From assembly GCF_964204645.1 (NCBI RefSeq), contig NC_134035.1, forward strand, positions 10,324,451 through 10,388,450: DNA of 64,000 bases, given 5' to 3'. Positions 47,859 through 58,810 of this stretch are shown here, piece by piece. Each line of letters starts with the position of its first letter. Position 1 is the first letter of the stretch. The DNA is from Tubulanus polymorphus (Eukaryota > Animalia > Nemertea). The translations under genes were made by a program, and so were the position numbers. The notes below the pieces were generated by a model that was not told the origin of the DNA, ran no database searches, and saw nothing but the letters and a program-made list of their open reading frames with translations.

Positions 47859-49271
47859 TTATTTAGTTTCACTTTTGTCTTTTTGTAATTTCGATTTTAA
47901 GAATTTCAGCATTCTGTTCCACGAATATTCCTGAGCATTCGCATGAAGCGTTTTCTCACCGCCGAAGGCGACTATGTTTCCCAGGCATTTATGATAGCAA
48001 TGTAGAGTTACGGGGGCATGCGGTTGTTCAAGTAGATGTCCGGCCCCAGGACACATGAGTAACTCATAGTTCTGACGACCGTGTTTGCGGAGACGTTTCA
48101 CTAAGTTGAACGTACCCTGAGGATGACATATTAAATCGTGCTGACCCACGATAAACAGAAAGTTAGCCGTATCTGATTTCTCGACTTCAATCAAAGAACG
48201 GTTATCATCATCTACGTCACAGTCTGGGTAGATGACGTTGTTTTTATAGCAGAAAGGTCTTCCCTCTGTGATCACAAGGTCTTTCACCAATTTTGTCGGG
48301 TAACCAGGTCTAATGTGACCGCCTATCAAAGTCGGCCAAATAAGAGAATGGCTAAACGAGTTTATAGCGACAACCGCCGTGATATATCTGCATACCTCAG
48401 TCATCATAATCGCAATATCTGCTCCTTTTGACGCAGCAACCACACCAATTCCATTGAGCGAATCAACATCCTGTTGCTCTCGAAGCCAATCGACAGCTTC
48501 TATAAAATAGTTCATATCCAGTTGATCAACTTTCGAAGGCAAATCTTCATAGTCGAAATAAGCTAAGGCTAAACTCGCAATACCACGTGATGCCAGTAAT
48601 GCGGATCTGTGCTCGACGCAGCCTCCGTTGGTACCAAACATATCAATTACGGCTGGAAATGGACCGGTACCAACCGGACGAAAAAACGTACCTCTGATTC
48701 TACCAGTGCGAATAACTGTGCGTTCGACATCTGCGGATTTGTACCATCTCTTTATATCGGCGTTTCCTAAAGGAATAAGGGAGGGTTTCTCGTTGAAGAT
48801 GTCTTCATATGCCACATGATCGGAGAACATTTTAAAATTGATATCTAACGGGGTCGTAACGTCCTTCTTCATGAAGCGGATACCAGGTCTTTGATCGGGT
48901 AGCGGTTCCATACCCCAGAGAAGTCCGTGAGGATGGACACCAACATAGCTACCACCTACGGATGGGTCTTTTGTCAAATCTAATGTTCCATCCGGTCCGG
49001 TCACGAAATAACTATATGCACCGAATCTAAATCCACCTTCATGCATTTCTGAATACAGCGTCACATTCTCAAGTGGTTTGATATTATCAGCTTCGATTTT
49101 AAGGGATGCATCAATCAGATCATTATCAGGAGTAACGCGCAGACGACGTTTCACTGCTTTTTCAGCGACATTGTGATAGAATCTGAAAACTGATAACTTC
49201 TCTCTGATACATGTATACTTCCCAGATAATCCGAGTTGAAACGATGCACATATTCTGACGGGTATCAGCAT
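47859..49271 (-). CDS. ACOT/BAAT family, copy 5 (chimeric)
   Basis: AASKG, GQHD, GAGH; 5' half like copy 3, 3' half like copies 4 and 7. Confidence 0.92.
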   Translation of the reverse strand: MLIPVRICASFQLGLSGKYTCIREKLSVFRFYHNVAEKAVKRRLRVTPDNDLIDASLKIEADNIKPLENVTLYSEMHEGGFRFGAYSYFVTGPDGTLDLTKDPSVGGSYVGVHPHGLLWGMEPLPDQRPGIRFMKKDVTTPLDINFKMFSDHVAYEDIFNEKPSLIPLGNADIKRWYKSADVERTVIRTGRIRGTFFRPVGTGPFPAVIDMFGTNGGCVEHRSALLASRGIASLALAYFDYEDLPSKVDQLDMNYFIEAVDWLREQQDVDSLNGIGVVAASKGADIAIMMTEVCRYITAVVAINSFSHSLIWPTLIGGHIRPGYPTKLVKDLVITEGRPFCYKNNVIYPDCDVDDDNRSLIEVEKSDTANFLFIVGQHDLICHPQGTFNLVKRLRKHGRQNYELLMCPGAGHLLEQPHAPVTLHCYHKCLGNIVAFGGEKTLHANAQEYSWNRMLKFLKSKLQKDKSETK

Positions 49272-50357
49272 TTTACACGTTGAATTTCGTAGTTTCTTCA
49301 GTCTCTTCGAAAAATCTGAATAAGATTGGTGGAAATGGCGTCTCAATATTCTGAAGACGTGAGAAACGCTTAAAACTGTTTTACAAATCACCGAAATGAT
49401 CTCTCGACCTCTGTACGTACCGTTTACCTCCTTTGAATTGATCATTGATTATTATCATGATTAAGTATCGGCGAGTATAGAGTGAAATGAACAAATTATA
49501 TCTCATCGATTCAGCATTAATTTGGTCAAGTTTATTTGAACTAGTATCTATCAATTTTGAATTCTACTATGTATATTTTTCGTAAGCATGTATGAACATT
49601 ATATGTTTACGAGCTACACAAAAGATGGCAATTTCTAAGAATGTTTGTACATGATACATGATACATTTATCTGAACAGCAACCATCTGGATTTGTTTACC
49701 TGAACGAGATGGTTAAGTGACATCTACAATCCAAAGTTTTACTAGATCTAATTCCGATGTCCTGACTACTGAGCGGTTGAGCGAGAGAAATCACGAACGA
49801 CGAGAGACGCGGCTTTCACCTTGGAATAATTGTGAAATGATAACCACGAGCTTTTACTTTGAACTATAAACAGCATGAATGTCAACTCCGATTTGTTCAG
49901 TACTTTATATATGCGACAAGTTTCGTGGCAGGACAATATTCATGGCTTTTGAACTCAGTAAAGAACATTATTAGTGACTTTCAACGCTGCGGTTTGCCCC
50001 ATGTGACATGTGAATCGCGACAACATGGGAAACAACGCTTTCCATCTTTGCGACGAGTTCTCATCTCGTCGAAAGAAACATTTTCTTGGCGATTTGATGA
50101 GTGACATTAGTGACTTGCTTTGCCTTTCATCCAAAAGAAATCAAAAGAGATTTAGCCGACATAATTATTAAGCCACATAAGATTCGTTAGTTTTTTACTA
50201 CAATATATGAATATAATATATGATACAGACAATTAATTTCTTTTCATGCAGTTTGAGTGTGAACTTTCTGTTAGAAACCAAAAAAAACCAAAAACATTAT
50301 TGGATGTACAATGTTGTAGTCGAGCAAACAGCACTCAATCGTATCATCATCAATACA

Positions 50358-51755
50358 TTATTTAGTTTCATTTTTGTCTTTTTGTAATTTCGATTTTAAG
50401 AATTTCAGCATTCTGTTCCACGAATATTCCTGAGCTTTAGCATGAAGCGTTTTCTCACCGCCGTAGGCGACTATGTTTCCCAGGAATTTATGATAGCAAT
50501 TTAGAGTTACGGGGGCATGCGGTAGTTCAAGTAGATGTCCAGCCCCAGGACACATGAGTAACTCATAGTTCTGACGACCGTGTTTGCGGAGACGTTTCAC
50601 TAAGTTGAACGTACCCTGAGGATGACATATCAAATCGTGCTGACCCACGATAAACAGAAAGTTAGCCGTATCTGATTTCTCGACTTGAATCAAAGAACGG
50701 TTATCATCATCTACGTCACAGTCTGGGTAGATAACGTTGTCTTTGTAGCAGAAAGGTCTTCCCTCTGTGATCACAAGGTCTTTCACCAATTTTGTCGGGT
50801 AACCAGGTCTAATGTGACCGCCTATCAAAGTCGGCCAAAATAGAGAATGGCTAAACGAGTTTATAGCGATAACCGCCGTGATATATCTGCATACCTCAGT
50901 CATCATAATCGCAATATCTGCTCCTTTTGACACACCAACCACACCAATTCCATTGAGCGAATCAACATCCTGTTGCTCCCGAAGCCAATCGACAGCTTCT
51001 ATAAAATAGTTCATATCCAGTTGATCAACTTTCGAAGGCAAATCTTCATAGTCGAAATAAGCCAAGGCTAAACTAGCAATACCACGTGACGCCAGTAATG
51101 CGGATCTGTACTCGACGCAGCCTCCGTTGGTACCAAACATATCAATTACGGCTGGAAATGGGCCGGTACCAACCGGACGAAAAAACGTACCTCTGATTCT
51201 ACCAGTGCGAATAACTGTGCGTTCGACATCTGCAGATTTGTACCATCTCTTTATATCGGCGTTTCCTAAAGGAATTAGGGAGGGTTTCTCGTTAAGGATA
51301 TCCTCAAATGTTACATGATCGGAGAACATTTTCAATTTGATATCAAACGGCTTCGAAACATCTTTTTTCATTAAGCGGATACCAGGTCTTTGACCGGGTA
51401 GCGGTTCCATACCCCAGAGAAGTCTGTGAGGATGGACACCAACATAGCTACCGCCTACAGATGGGTCTCTCGTCAAATCTAATGTTCCATCCGGTCCGGT
51501 CACGAAATAACTATATGCACCGAATTTAAATCCACCTTCATGCATTTCTGAATACAGCGTCACATTTTCAAGTGGTTTGATATTATCAGCTTCGATTTTA
51601 AGGGATGCATCCACCAGGTCGTTATCAGGATAAACGCGCAAACGACAGGTCACTCCTTTTTCAGCGACATTGTGATATAATCTGAAAACTAACTTCTCTC
51701 CGACAAACCTTTTGAATGAGTTTCGAAGCAATGCGCATCTTATAAGTACCGACAT
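50358..51755 (-). CDS. ACOT/BAAT family, copy 6
   Basis: GVSKG, GQHD, GAGH; 465 aa. Confidence 0.93.
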   Translation of the reverse strand: MSVLIRCALLRNSFKRFVGEKLVFRLYHNVAEKGVTCRLRVYPDNDLVDASLKIEADNIKPLENVTLYSEMHEGGFKFGAYSYFVTGPDGTLDLTRDPSVGGSYVGVHPHRLLWGMEPLPGQRPGIRLMKKDVSKPFDIKLKMFSDHVTFEDILNEKPSLIPLGNADIKRWYKSADVERTVIRTGRIRGTFFRPVGTGPFPAVIDMFGTNGGCVEYRSALLASRGIASLALAYFDYEDLPSKVDQLDMNYFIEAVDWLREQQDVDSLNGIGVVGVSKGADIAIMMTEVCRYITAVIAINSFSHSLFWPTLIGGHIRPGYPTKLVKDLVITEGRPFCYKDNVIYPDCDVDDDNRSLIQVEKSDTANFLFIVGQHDLICHPQGTFNLVKRLRKHGRQNYELLMCPGAGHLLELPHAPVTLNCYHKFLGNIVAYGGEKTLHAKAQEYSWNRMLKFLKSKLQKDKNETK

Positions 51756-52948
51756 TGTTATGTTCTTGGGAGATGACTACTTCATACACTGGTCAACAGA
51801 TCAACGTGCTGATGATTTTATACTAGCTCACGACGTTTTTCGTTTCGGATTTGATTTGAGTTCTGTGGAAAAAACAAGTTATCCTCGATGTATTTTTCAC
51901 CACGTCCCGCGATCTGCTGTATGTGTGTACCTCGACTAGCACACGGTGTTATATAACAATGTTGTATACCGTACGAGGTCTCAGCCGCATATTTGCCTTT
52001 TTATCCAACATGACACGTGATAGTCTGGCCATGCTATTAATAGTTTATCATTTGTGTCAGCCCCGCGCGGCGCCGTCGCGTTCTTGATTTGACAATTGGG
52101 GAGGAACTCGCAGTGGAACTTACGAAACAATCAAATTCATTTTGTAAGCCAAAAACTCCTTTATACCACGGTCACGAGTTCAAAGTATCACAGAATTACT
52201 GGACCGCCCCAGAGTGGATATACGGCATACAAGTTTAACACTACTGGTATTCCGTGTTTAATGACTGTGCCTATGGCACGCAAGTGATATGTTAGTTCAC
52301 GTGCTTCCGCCAACCATGTACAGAGCGGCAGCACATAACAGTCACAAAATCAACTGAGCGGTTGAGCGAGAGAAATCACGAACGACGAGAGACGCGGCTT
52401 TCACCTTGGAATAATTGTGAAATGATAACCACAAGCTTTTACTTTGAACTATAAACTGCATGAATGTCAACTCCGATTTGTTCAGTACTTTATATATGCG
52501 ACACGTTTCGTGGCAGGACAGTTTATTCATGGCTTTTGAACTCAGTAAAGAACATTATTAGTGACTTTCAACGCTGCGGTTTGCCCCATGTGACATGTGA
52601 ATCGCGACAACATCGGAAACAATACTTTCCATCTTTGCGACGAATTCTCATCTCGTCGAAAGAAACATTTTCTTTGCGATTTGATGAGTGACTTTAGTGA
52701 CTTGCTTTGCCTTTCATCAAGAGAAATAAAAAGAGATTTAGCTGACATAATTATCAAGCCACATAAGATTCGTTAGTTGAATTTTTTACTACAATATATG
52801 AATATAATATATGATACAGACAATTAATTTCTTTTCATGCAGTTTCAGTGTGAACTTTCTGTTAGAAACAAAAAAAAAACAAAAACATTATTGGATGTAC
52901 AATGTTGTAGTCGAGCAAACAGCACTCAATCGTATCATCATCAATACA

Positions 52949-54346
52949 TTATTTAGTTTCACTTTTGTCTTTTTGTAATTTCGATTTTAAGAATTTCAGC
53001 ATTCTGTTCCACGAATATTCCTGAGCTCTAGCATGAAGCGTTTTCTCACCGCCGTAGGCGACTATGTTTCCCAGGAATTTATGATAGCAATGTAGAGTTA
53101 CGGGGGCATGCGGTAGTTCAAGTAGATGTCCGGCCCCAGGACACATGAGTAACTCATAGTTCTGACGGCCGTGTTTGCGGAGACGTTTCACTAAGTTGAA
53201 CGTACCCTGAGGATGACATATTAAATCGTGCTGACCCACGATAAACAGAAAGTTAGCCGTATCTGATTTCTCGACTTCAATCAAAGAACGGTTATCATCA
53301 TCTACGTCACAGTCTGGGTAGATGACGTTGTTTTTATAGCAAAAAGGTCTTCCCTCTGTGATCACAAGGTCTTTCACCAATTTTGTCGGGTAACCAGGTC
53401 TAATGTGACCGCCTATCAAAGTCGGCCAAATAAGAGAATGGCTAAACGAGTTTATAGCGACAACCGCCGTGATATATCTGCATACCTCAGTCATCATAAT
53501 CGCAATATCTGCTCCTTTTGACACAACAACCACACCAATTCCATTGAGCGAATCAACATCCTGTTGCTCTCGAAGCCAATCGACAGCTTCTATAAAATAG
53601 TTCATATCCAGTTGATCAACTTTCGAAGGCAAATCTTCATAGTCGAAATAAGCTAAGGCTAAACTCGCAATACCACGTGATGCCAGTAATGCGGATCTGT
53701 GCTCGACGCAGCCTCCGTTGGTACCAAACATATCAATTACGGCAGGAAATGGACCGGTACCAACCGGACGAAAAAATGTACCTCTGATTCTACCAGTGCG
53801 AATAACTGTGCGTTCGACATCTGCAGATTTGTACCGTCTCTTTATATCGGCGTTTCCTAAAGGAATTAGGGAGGGTTTCTCGTTTAGGATGTCCTCAAAT
53901 GTTACATGATCGGAGAACATTTTCAATTTGATATCTAACGGGGTCGTAACATCCTTCTTCATGAAGCGGATACCAGGCCTTTGACCGGGTAGCGGTTCCA
54001 TACCCCAGAGAAGTCCGTGAGGATGGACACCAACATAGCTACCACCTACGGATGGGTCTTTTGTCAAATCTAATGTTCCACCCGGTCCGGTCACGAAATA
54101 ACTATATGCACCGAATCTAAATCCGCTTTCATACATTTCTGAATACAGCGTCACATTCTCAAGTGGTTTGATATTATCAGCTTCGATTTTAAGGGATGCA
54201 TCCACCAGTTCGTTATCAGGATAAACGCGCAAACGACAGTTCACTCCTTTTTCAGCGACATTGTGATACAATCTGAAAACTAACTTCTCTCCGACAAACC
54301 TTTTGAATGAGTTTCGAAGCAATGCGCATCTTATAAGTACCGACAT
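52949..54346 (-). CDS. ACOT/BAAT family, copy 7
   Basis: VVSKG, GQHD, GAGH; 465 aa. Confidence 0.93.
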   Translation of the reverse strand: MSVLIRCALLRNSFKRFVGEKLVFRLYHNVAEKGVNCRLRVYPDNELVDASLKIEADNIKPLENVTLYSEMYESGFRFGAYSYFVTGPGGTLDLTKDPSVGGSYVGVHPHGLLWGMEPLPGQRPGIRFMKKDVTTPLDIKLKMFSDHVTFEDILNEKPSLIPLGNADIKRRYKSADVERTVIRTGRIRGTFFRPVGTGPFPAVIDMFGTNGGCVEHRSALLASRGIASLALAYFDYEDLPSKVDQLDMNYFIEAVDWLREQQDVDSLNGIGVVVVSKGADIAIMMTEVCRYITAVVAINSFSHSLIWPTLIGGHIRPGYPTKLVKDLVITEGRPFCYKNNVIYPDCDVDDDNRSLIEVEKSDTANFLFIVGQHDLICHPQGTFNLVKRLRKHGRQNYELLMCPGAGHLLELPHAPVTLHCYHKFLGNIVAYGGEKTLHARAQEYSWNRMLKFLKSKLQKDKSETK

Positions 54347-54641
54347 TGTTATGTTCTTGGGAGATGACTACTTCATACACTGGTCAACAAGATCAACGTG
54401 CTGATGATTTTATACTAGCTCACGACGTTTTTCGTTTCGGATTTGATTTGAGTTCTGTGGAGAAAACAAGTTATCCGCGGTGTATTTTTCACCACGTCCC
54501 GCGATCTACCAGTGTGAGTGTGTGTACCTTGGACTAGCACACAGTGTTATATAACAATGTTGTATACCGTACGAGGTCTCAGCCGCATATTTGCCTTTTT
54601 ATCCAACTAGACACGTAATAGTCTGGCCATGCTATTAATAG

Positions 54642-54960
54642 AACGATAACCACACTCAAACGTGGTGAACGGATAATAAGATAAAAACCCACTATCTACA
54701 GATGAAAAGAATTAAAAACAAGAATTTATTTATTCAATCTAAAATATAAATAAGACACGACGTTTCGATCGCACCCTAGAGATCATCGTCAGGTGTGAGA
54801 TATAGGTCAAAAACAGGGGTATATATACAGAACTTTTCTGATGTCTTCTTCACCGGACTTAGGTGTATATCGTGTGGCCTTGCCCGATCGGTTTGGCTGC
54901 CACCCGATATCCTCCCGAATCTGGGTTGAAGTAGGCCTCGTCATTTGAAATAACTGTTAT
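54642..54960 (-). mobile_element. Penelope-like retroelement pseudo-LTR fragment
   Basis: Homology with 1003-1160; hammerhead motif; TATATATA ~30 bp upstream on the minus strand; marks the point where homology with the ACOT spacer stops. Confidence 0.65.
54755..54797 (-). ncRNA. minimal type I hammerhead ribozyme
   Basis: Minus strand ACAC-CUGACGA-U-GAUC-ucuagggugc-GAUC-GAAA-C-GUC-GUGU: core, stem II GAUC/GAUC, stem I ACAC/GUGU, GUC cleavage triplet. Confidence 0.75.
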
Positions 54961-55674
54961 GTTGTCCTGCATAGATTATGTATATGCATTGTAGATTGTA
55001 TTTTCAATTCTAAAAAGTGACCGGCGGCACAGGGGCTCGTCACGATAGCTGGGGTCCAAAATCAAAGATTTGACCCAGTATTCTAGGCATCACCTATAAA
55101 AAAGAAAAGGGAGCTCACATTTTGACATACAAGAATTGACCGTCTCATTTCAATTGCTCATAACTTCGTAACCTATCGACCGATTCGTACGAAATCAGTT
55201 TCGTTTCATTCCTAAGAGGTTACTTTTTCGTTTGAGACTTTCCGCGACGTAACCGGATAAGAGACACCCGAGAAATCACGACTCAAACAAAAAAAACAAA
55301 ATAGCCAAAGCCGGAATTACTAAGACGTCTCGGAGAAGTCGATTTCCGACGAAAAACGACGAGTTGACGCGGTTTCCGGACGTTAATCATCACATATCAT
55401 ATATCGCTGGAAAGCTTATGAACTGACCTAATTGAAAAATATGCGTTTATTTGATAATCCGTTCCGATACCGGCGACCTGATAATCCAGTTAATGAATTT
55501 CATCGGAATGCGTCGGTTTTATTTATCAGTTTAGTTATTGATTTGTCGTTCGAACTACATTCTGTTTATGCGCTTTCACGCATGTTCTCGGTCGTGCTAC
55601 ACACACGTGTGCACCACAAGCCTTGCCTGTGACCAAGTTAAAGGTTTCCAGGGAACAGCAACCGATTCACCTGC

Positions 55675-55829
55675 CAGGGCCAAATTCGGTTTTTGTAGCT
55701 AGTTGACTAGTGGTCGGAACTAATAACCGAATGCGCTTAATTTTCGGAATATTGTTCCGATTAATGGACATTCAGTTTCGTTTAGTTCGACCATAGTCGA
55801 CTAACTCGAATAACCGAAGGTGGCCCTGG
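55675..55829. mobile_element. MITE
   Basis: CAGGGCCAAATTCGGTT...AACCGAAGGTGGCCCTG imperfect inverted ends. Confidence 0.5.
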
Positions 55830-55897
55830 GTTCGTGAAAATGATTCACGGGCCGGCCGTGAAAGCAATTTATTTTATAGCAGGGCAGTGAAATGGGG

Positions 55898-56104
55898 GTG
55901 TTACTAAAAACTATGCGCTACTAAAACGAAGACCTATATGCACTTTGGGGTATTAGAACTATGTTTGACTAAAAAGAAGTCGAAATAAGATACTCGAAAT
56001 CACCACTTGGGGCGCTCCGTACAACCTCTGCCGGAAACGTAATTGGTCGGTTTTCTCGGGTGCATATAGTCTTCGTTTTTAGTAGTGCTTCGTTTTAGTA
56101 ACAC
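55898..56104. mobile_element. MITE
   Basis: GTGTTACTAAAA...CTACTAAAACGAAGAC.TATATGCAC / GTGCATATAGTCTTCGTTTTTAGTAG...TTTTAGTAACAC. Confidence 0.55.
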
Positions 56105-56618
56105 TTGTTGCTTAACTAAACGAATGACAAATTTCAAAATCATATTTATTCTGATACAACAATTATACAAAATGCCAGGTTTGTGCTCGAGGAATTATAA
56201 CGCAAGTTCCTCAAACACGTGGACTTTCAAAAACTAGTCCATTCACCATGGGCGTATTAACTATAAACGATGGTTTATACATCCATGGTCCAACCATAGA
56301 CTCTAAAACAAAAAAGCCTATGGCCCAACCATGGACTCTTAAACTGTAAGAGTCCATGGCTCCCCGCACTAAAACCAGAGATAAACCTGGCCAAATACTC
56401 TGGAAAGCGTAGGATTAAGTAATCAATCTGATTTACATTCTTACATCATTTTATTTTCACATACCAAATTATTAACTTTTAGCTTATTTTCTCAAATTTT
56501 AATAGTAATTTCATTTCTATTACTATGTATGAAATTGTACTAACTTTAAAACAAAGTTAGATGTAAGGTATTTAGAAGTCTGTATCTACGATACATTTCC
56601 ACTACAGCTGATTTATAC

Positions 56619-58810
56619 AATAAGCCTTTTTACAGTTTCCAGGCGCCATTTTTTTGGGTACCCGCCGGGTCCGCATTGTTGAATTTTTTGTCCCTATTTT
56701 TCTCCGGTTTAGTTTTTTTATTTCGTTCATATCTCTGGATTTGATTAAGATAGAAACAAAGTAAAAATATTGATGAACTCGGCTGATAATAAACTTTTTT
56801 ATGATATCACTCATTTATAAAGTTAATGCAACAATGTGCGCTGGTGAAGTTATAAACATTGATATCGTCTTCCCGATAATTCAACTTGAATTAATGCTCA
56901 TCTCATTCAAAAGTTCGTAATTCTTACAAATATTAATCTACATTTTTGAAATTTTCAGGACCAATAGCCATCTATATGTGGTCTTATATACCTTTTACCG
57001 TTTTCAATTATCTTTATTAGTTTTTAAGTAATTGCGAGTCAAACTTCCAAAACACGTTTTCTAGAGTATCATGTGTGCATATTTATATCAAGAAATTTGC
57101 CAATTTAACCGGTCCTACATTGTTAAAATCAAAATTTTCAGTAACTATGGAAACAAGGGCACCTAGTTATTTGAAAAAAATGGTAAATAGAGATATATTT
57201 CTAGTAACACAGGGACAGACTACGGGTTTGGAGGGTCGGTAGTCCGGACCCCTGCAACTTCCCATTAAGATTACCATCTTTGTCAAGACAGTGATCGCAT
57301 AAAACTTACAAATCTAACACTCATCCTCTTGCAAATTAAATTGTTTTGGATGTATTTGTTTCAACACCGAGGGGCACCCTACTCACAGCCTTAAACCACG
57401 GAAAATGTCCTTATTTTTGGACCCCTCTCCCAATCATCTAAGATAGTCAAAAAAGTCGAAATAAGTCTTAGTGTCAGGCATTTAAGTTTCATTGATCTCC
57501 CGTCTATATTATATCGTTTCACAGTATATTGCATCAATGAAATATGGCCGTTGGCAGGTGATTCTGGAGCCAGTTGCTCAAAAGTTAACCATCAGAAATA
57601 CCATGGTGTAATGGCGAGCACTCGGTCTTCAGTTAAATACCGGTACCCGATTTACATTTTTGAATTTTCAGCAGCAGCTCCACACAAATGGAGGCAGCCA
57701 CGGCTGTGTCAAACTTGACGCTTGCAAACCGTTGGATCGGGTTTGCTTTTTTGAGAATGTTCGATGTTCGATCTTTATTACTGATCGTGACAAGAGCTGG
57801 AAGGTGTTTCAAATTGAATTTGAATATATTTGGCTTAGTCGATTGTGTTGGAAAGATTGGAACTTTGGAATATATTAGTAAGGAACATAACTTTCGTTTA
57901 CTTTCTGTCAAAATTGATCTCGTGTGTTTGATAGTTGTTTTGAGATTTGGCACGAATTCTAAGTCAGTTTTGATCACACAAGGTCTGTATTAGCCCACTT
58001 CACGTAAGTAGCCATGCAAATTTGCGACGGCAATGCGACGCAGCATTGAGACTTTGGTCCTCATACATGTGCCACATAATGTCTGACTTTCACATTTGCA
58101 ATCGTATACCCGTACGTGCAGTTTTGGAATCGAATGAAACACGTTGGACAAAATGATCTGTTGTGAACCTAGGTAGCTGGTTAAAGCAACATCTGGGTTA
58201 TTTTGTTTATTTTGACAAATCCTAGAGAATATATATCTTTAATAACCACTTTTCAAAAACCTAGGTGCTCTTATTTCCATGGTTACTTAATAAATTGATT
58301 TTCAACAAAGTAGGGACCGGTGAAATTGTGAAATTTCCTGATATAAAGATGCACCCAGGGGACCCGGGAAAACGAGTTTTGGAAGTTTGACTCGCAATTA
58401 CTTAAAAACTAATAAAGATAATTGAAAACGGTAAAAGGAATATAAGACCACATATAGATGGCTATTGGTTCTGAAAATTTCAAAAATGTAGATTAATATT
58501 TGTAAGAATTACGAACTTTTGAATGAGATGAGCAATAATTCAAGTTGAATTATCGGGAAGACGATATCAATGTTTATAACTTCACCAGCGCACATTGTTG
58601 CATTAACTTTATAAATGAGTGATATCATAAAAAAGTTTATTATCAGCCGAGTTCATCAATATTTTTACTTTGTTTCTATCTTAATCAAATCCAGAGATAT
58701 GAACGAAATAAAAAAATTAAACCGGAGAAAAATAGGGACAAAAAATTCAACAATGTGGACCCGGCGGGTACCCAAAAAAATGGCGCCTGGAAACTGTAAA
58801 AAGGCTTATT
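56619..58810. mobile_element. long-TIR (foldback-like) non-autonomous element
   Basis: 56619-~57180 is the reverse complement of ~58245-58810; the outer ~440 bp are nearly identical; ~1 kb spacer. Confidence 0.8.

Noticed and set aside
16713-53909. Recurrent small ORFs (MVPNISITAG..., MSAKSLLISL..., MSTPICSV...)
   Set aside because: Antisense or spacer ORFs repeated only because the unit is duplicated.
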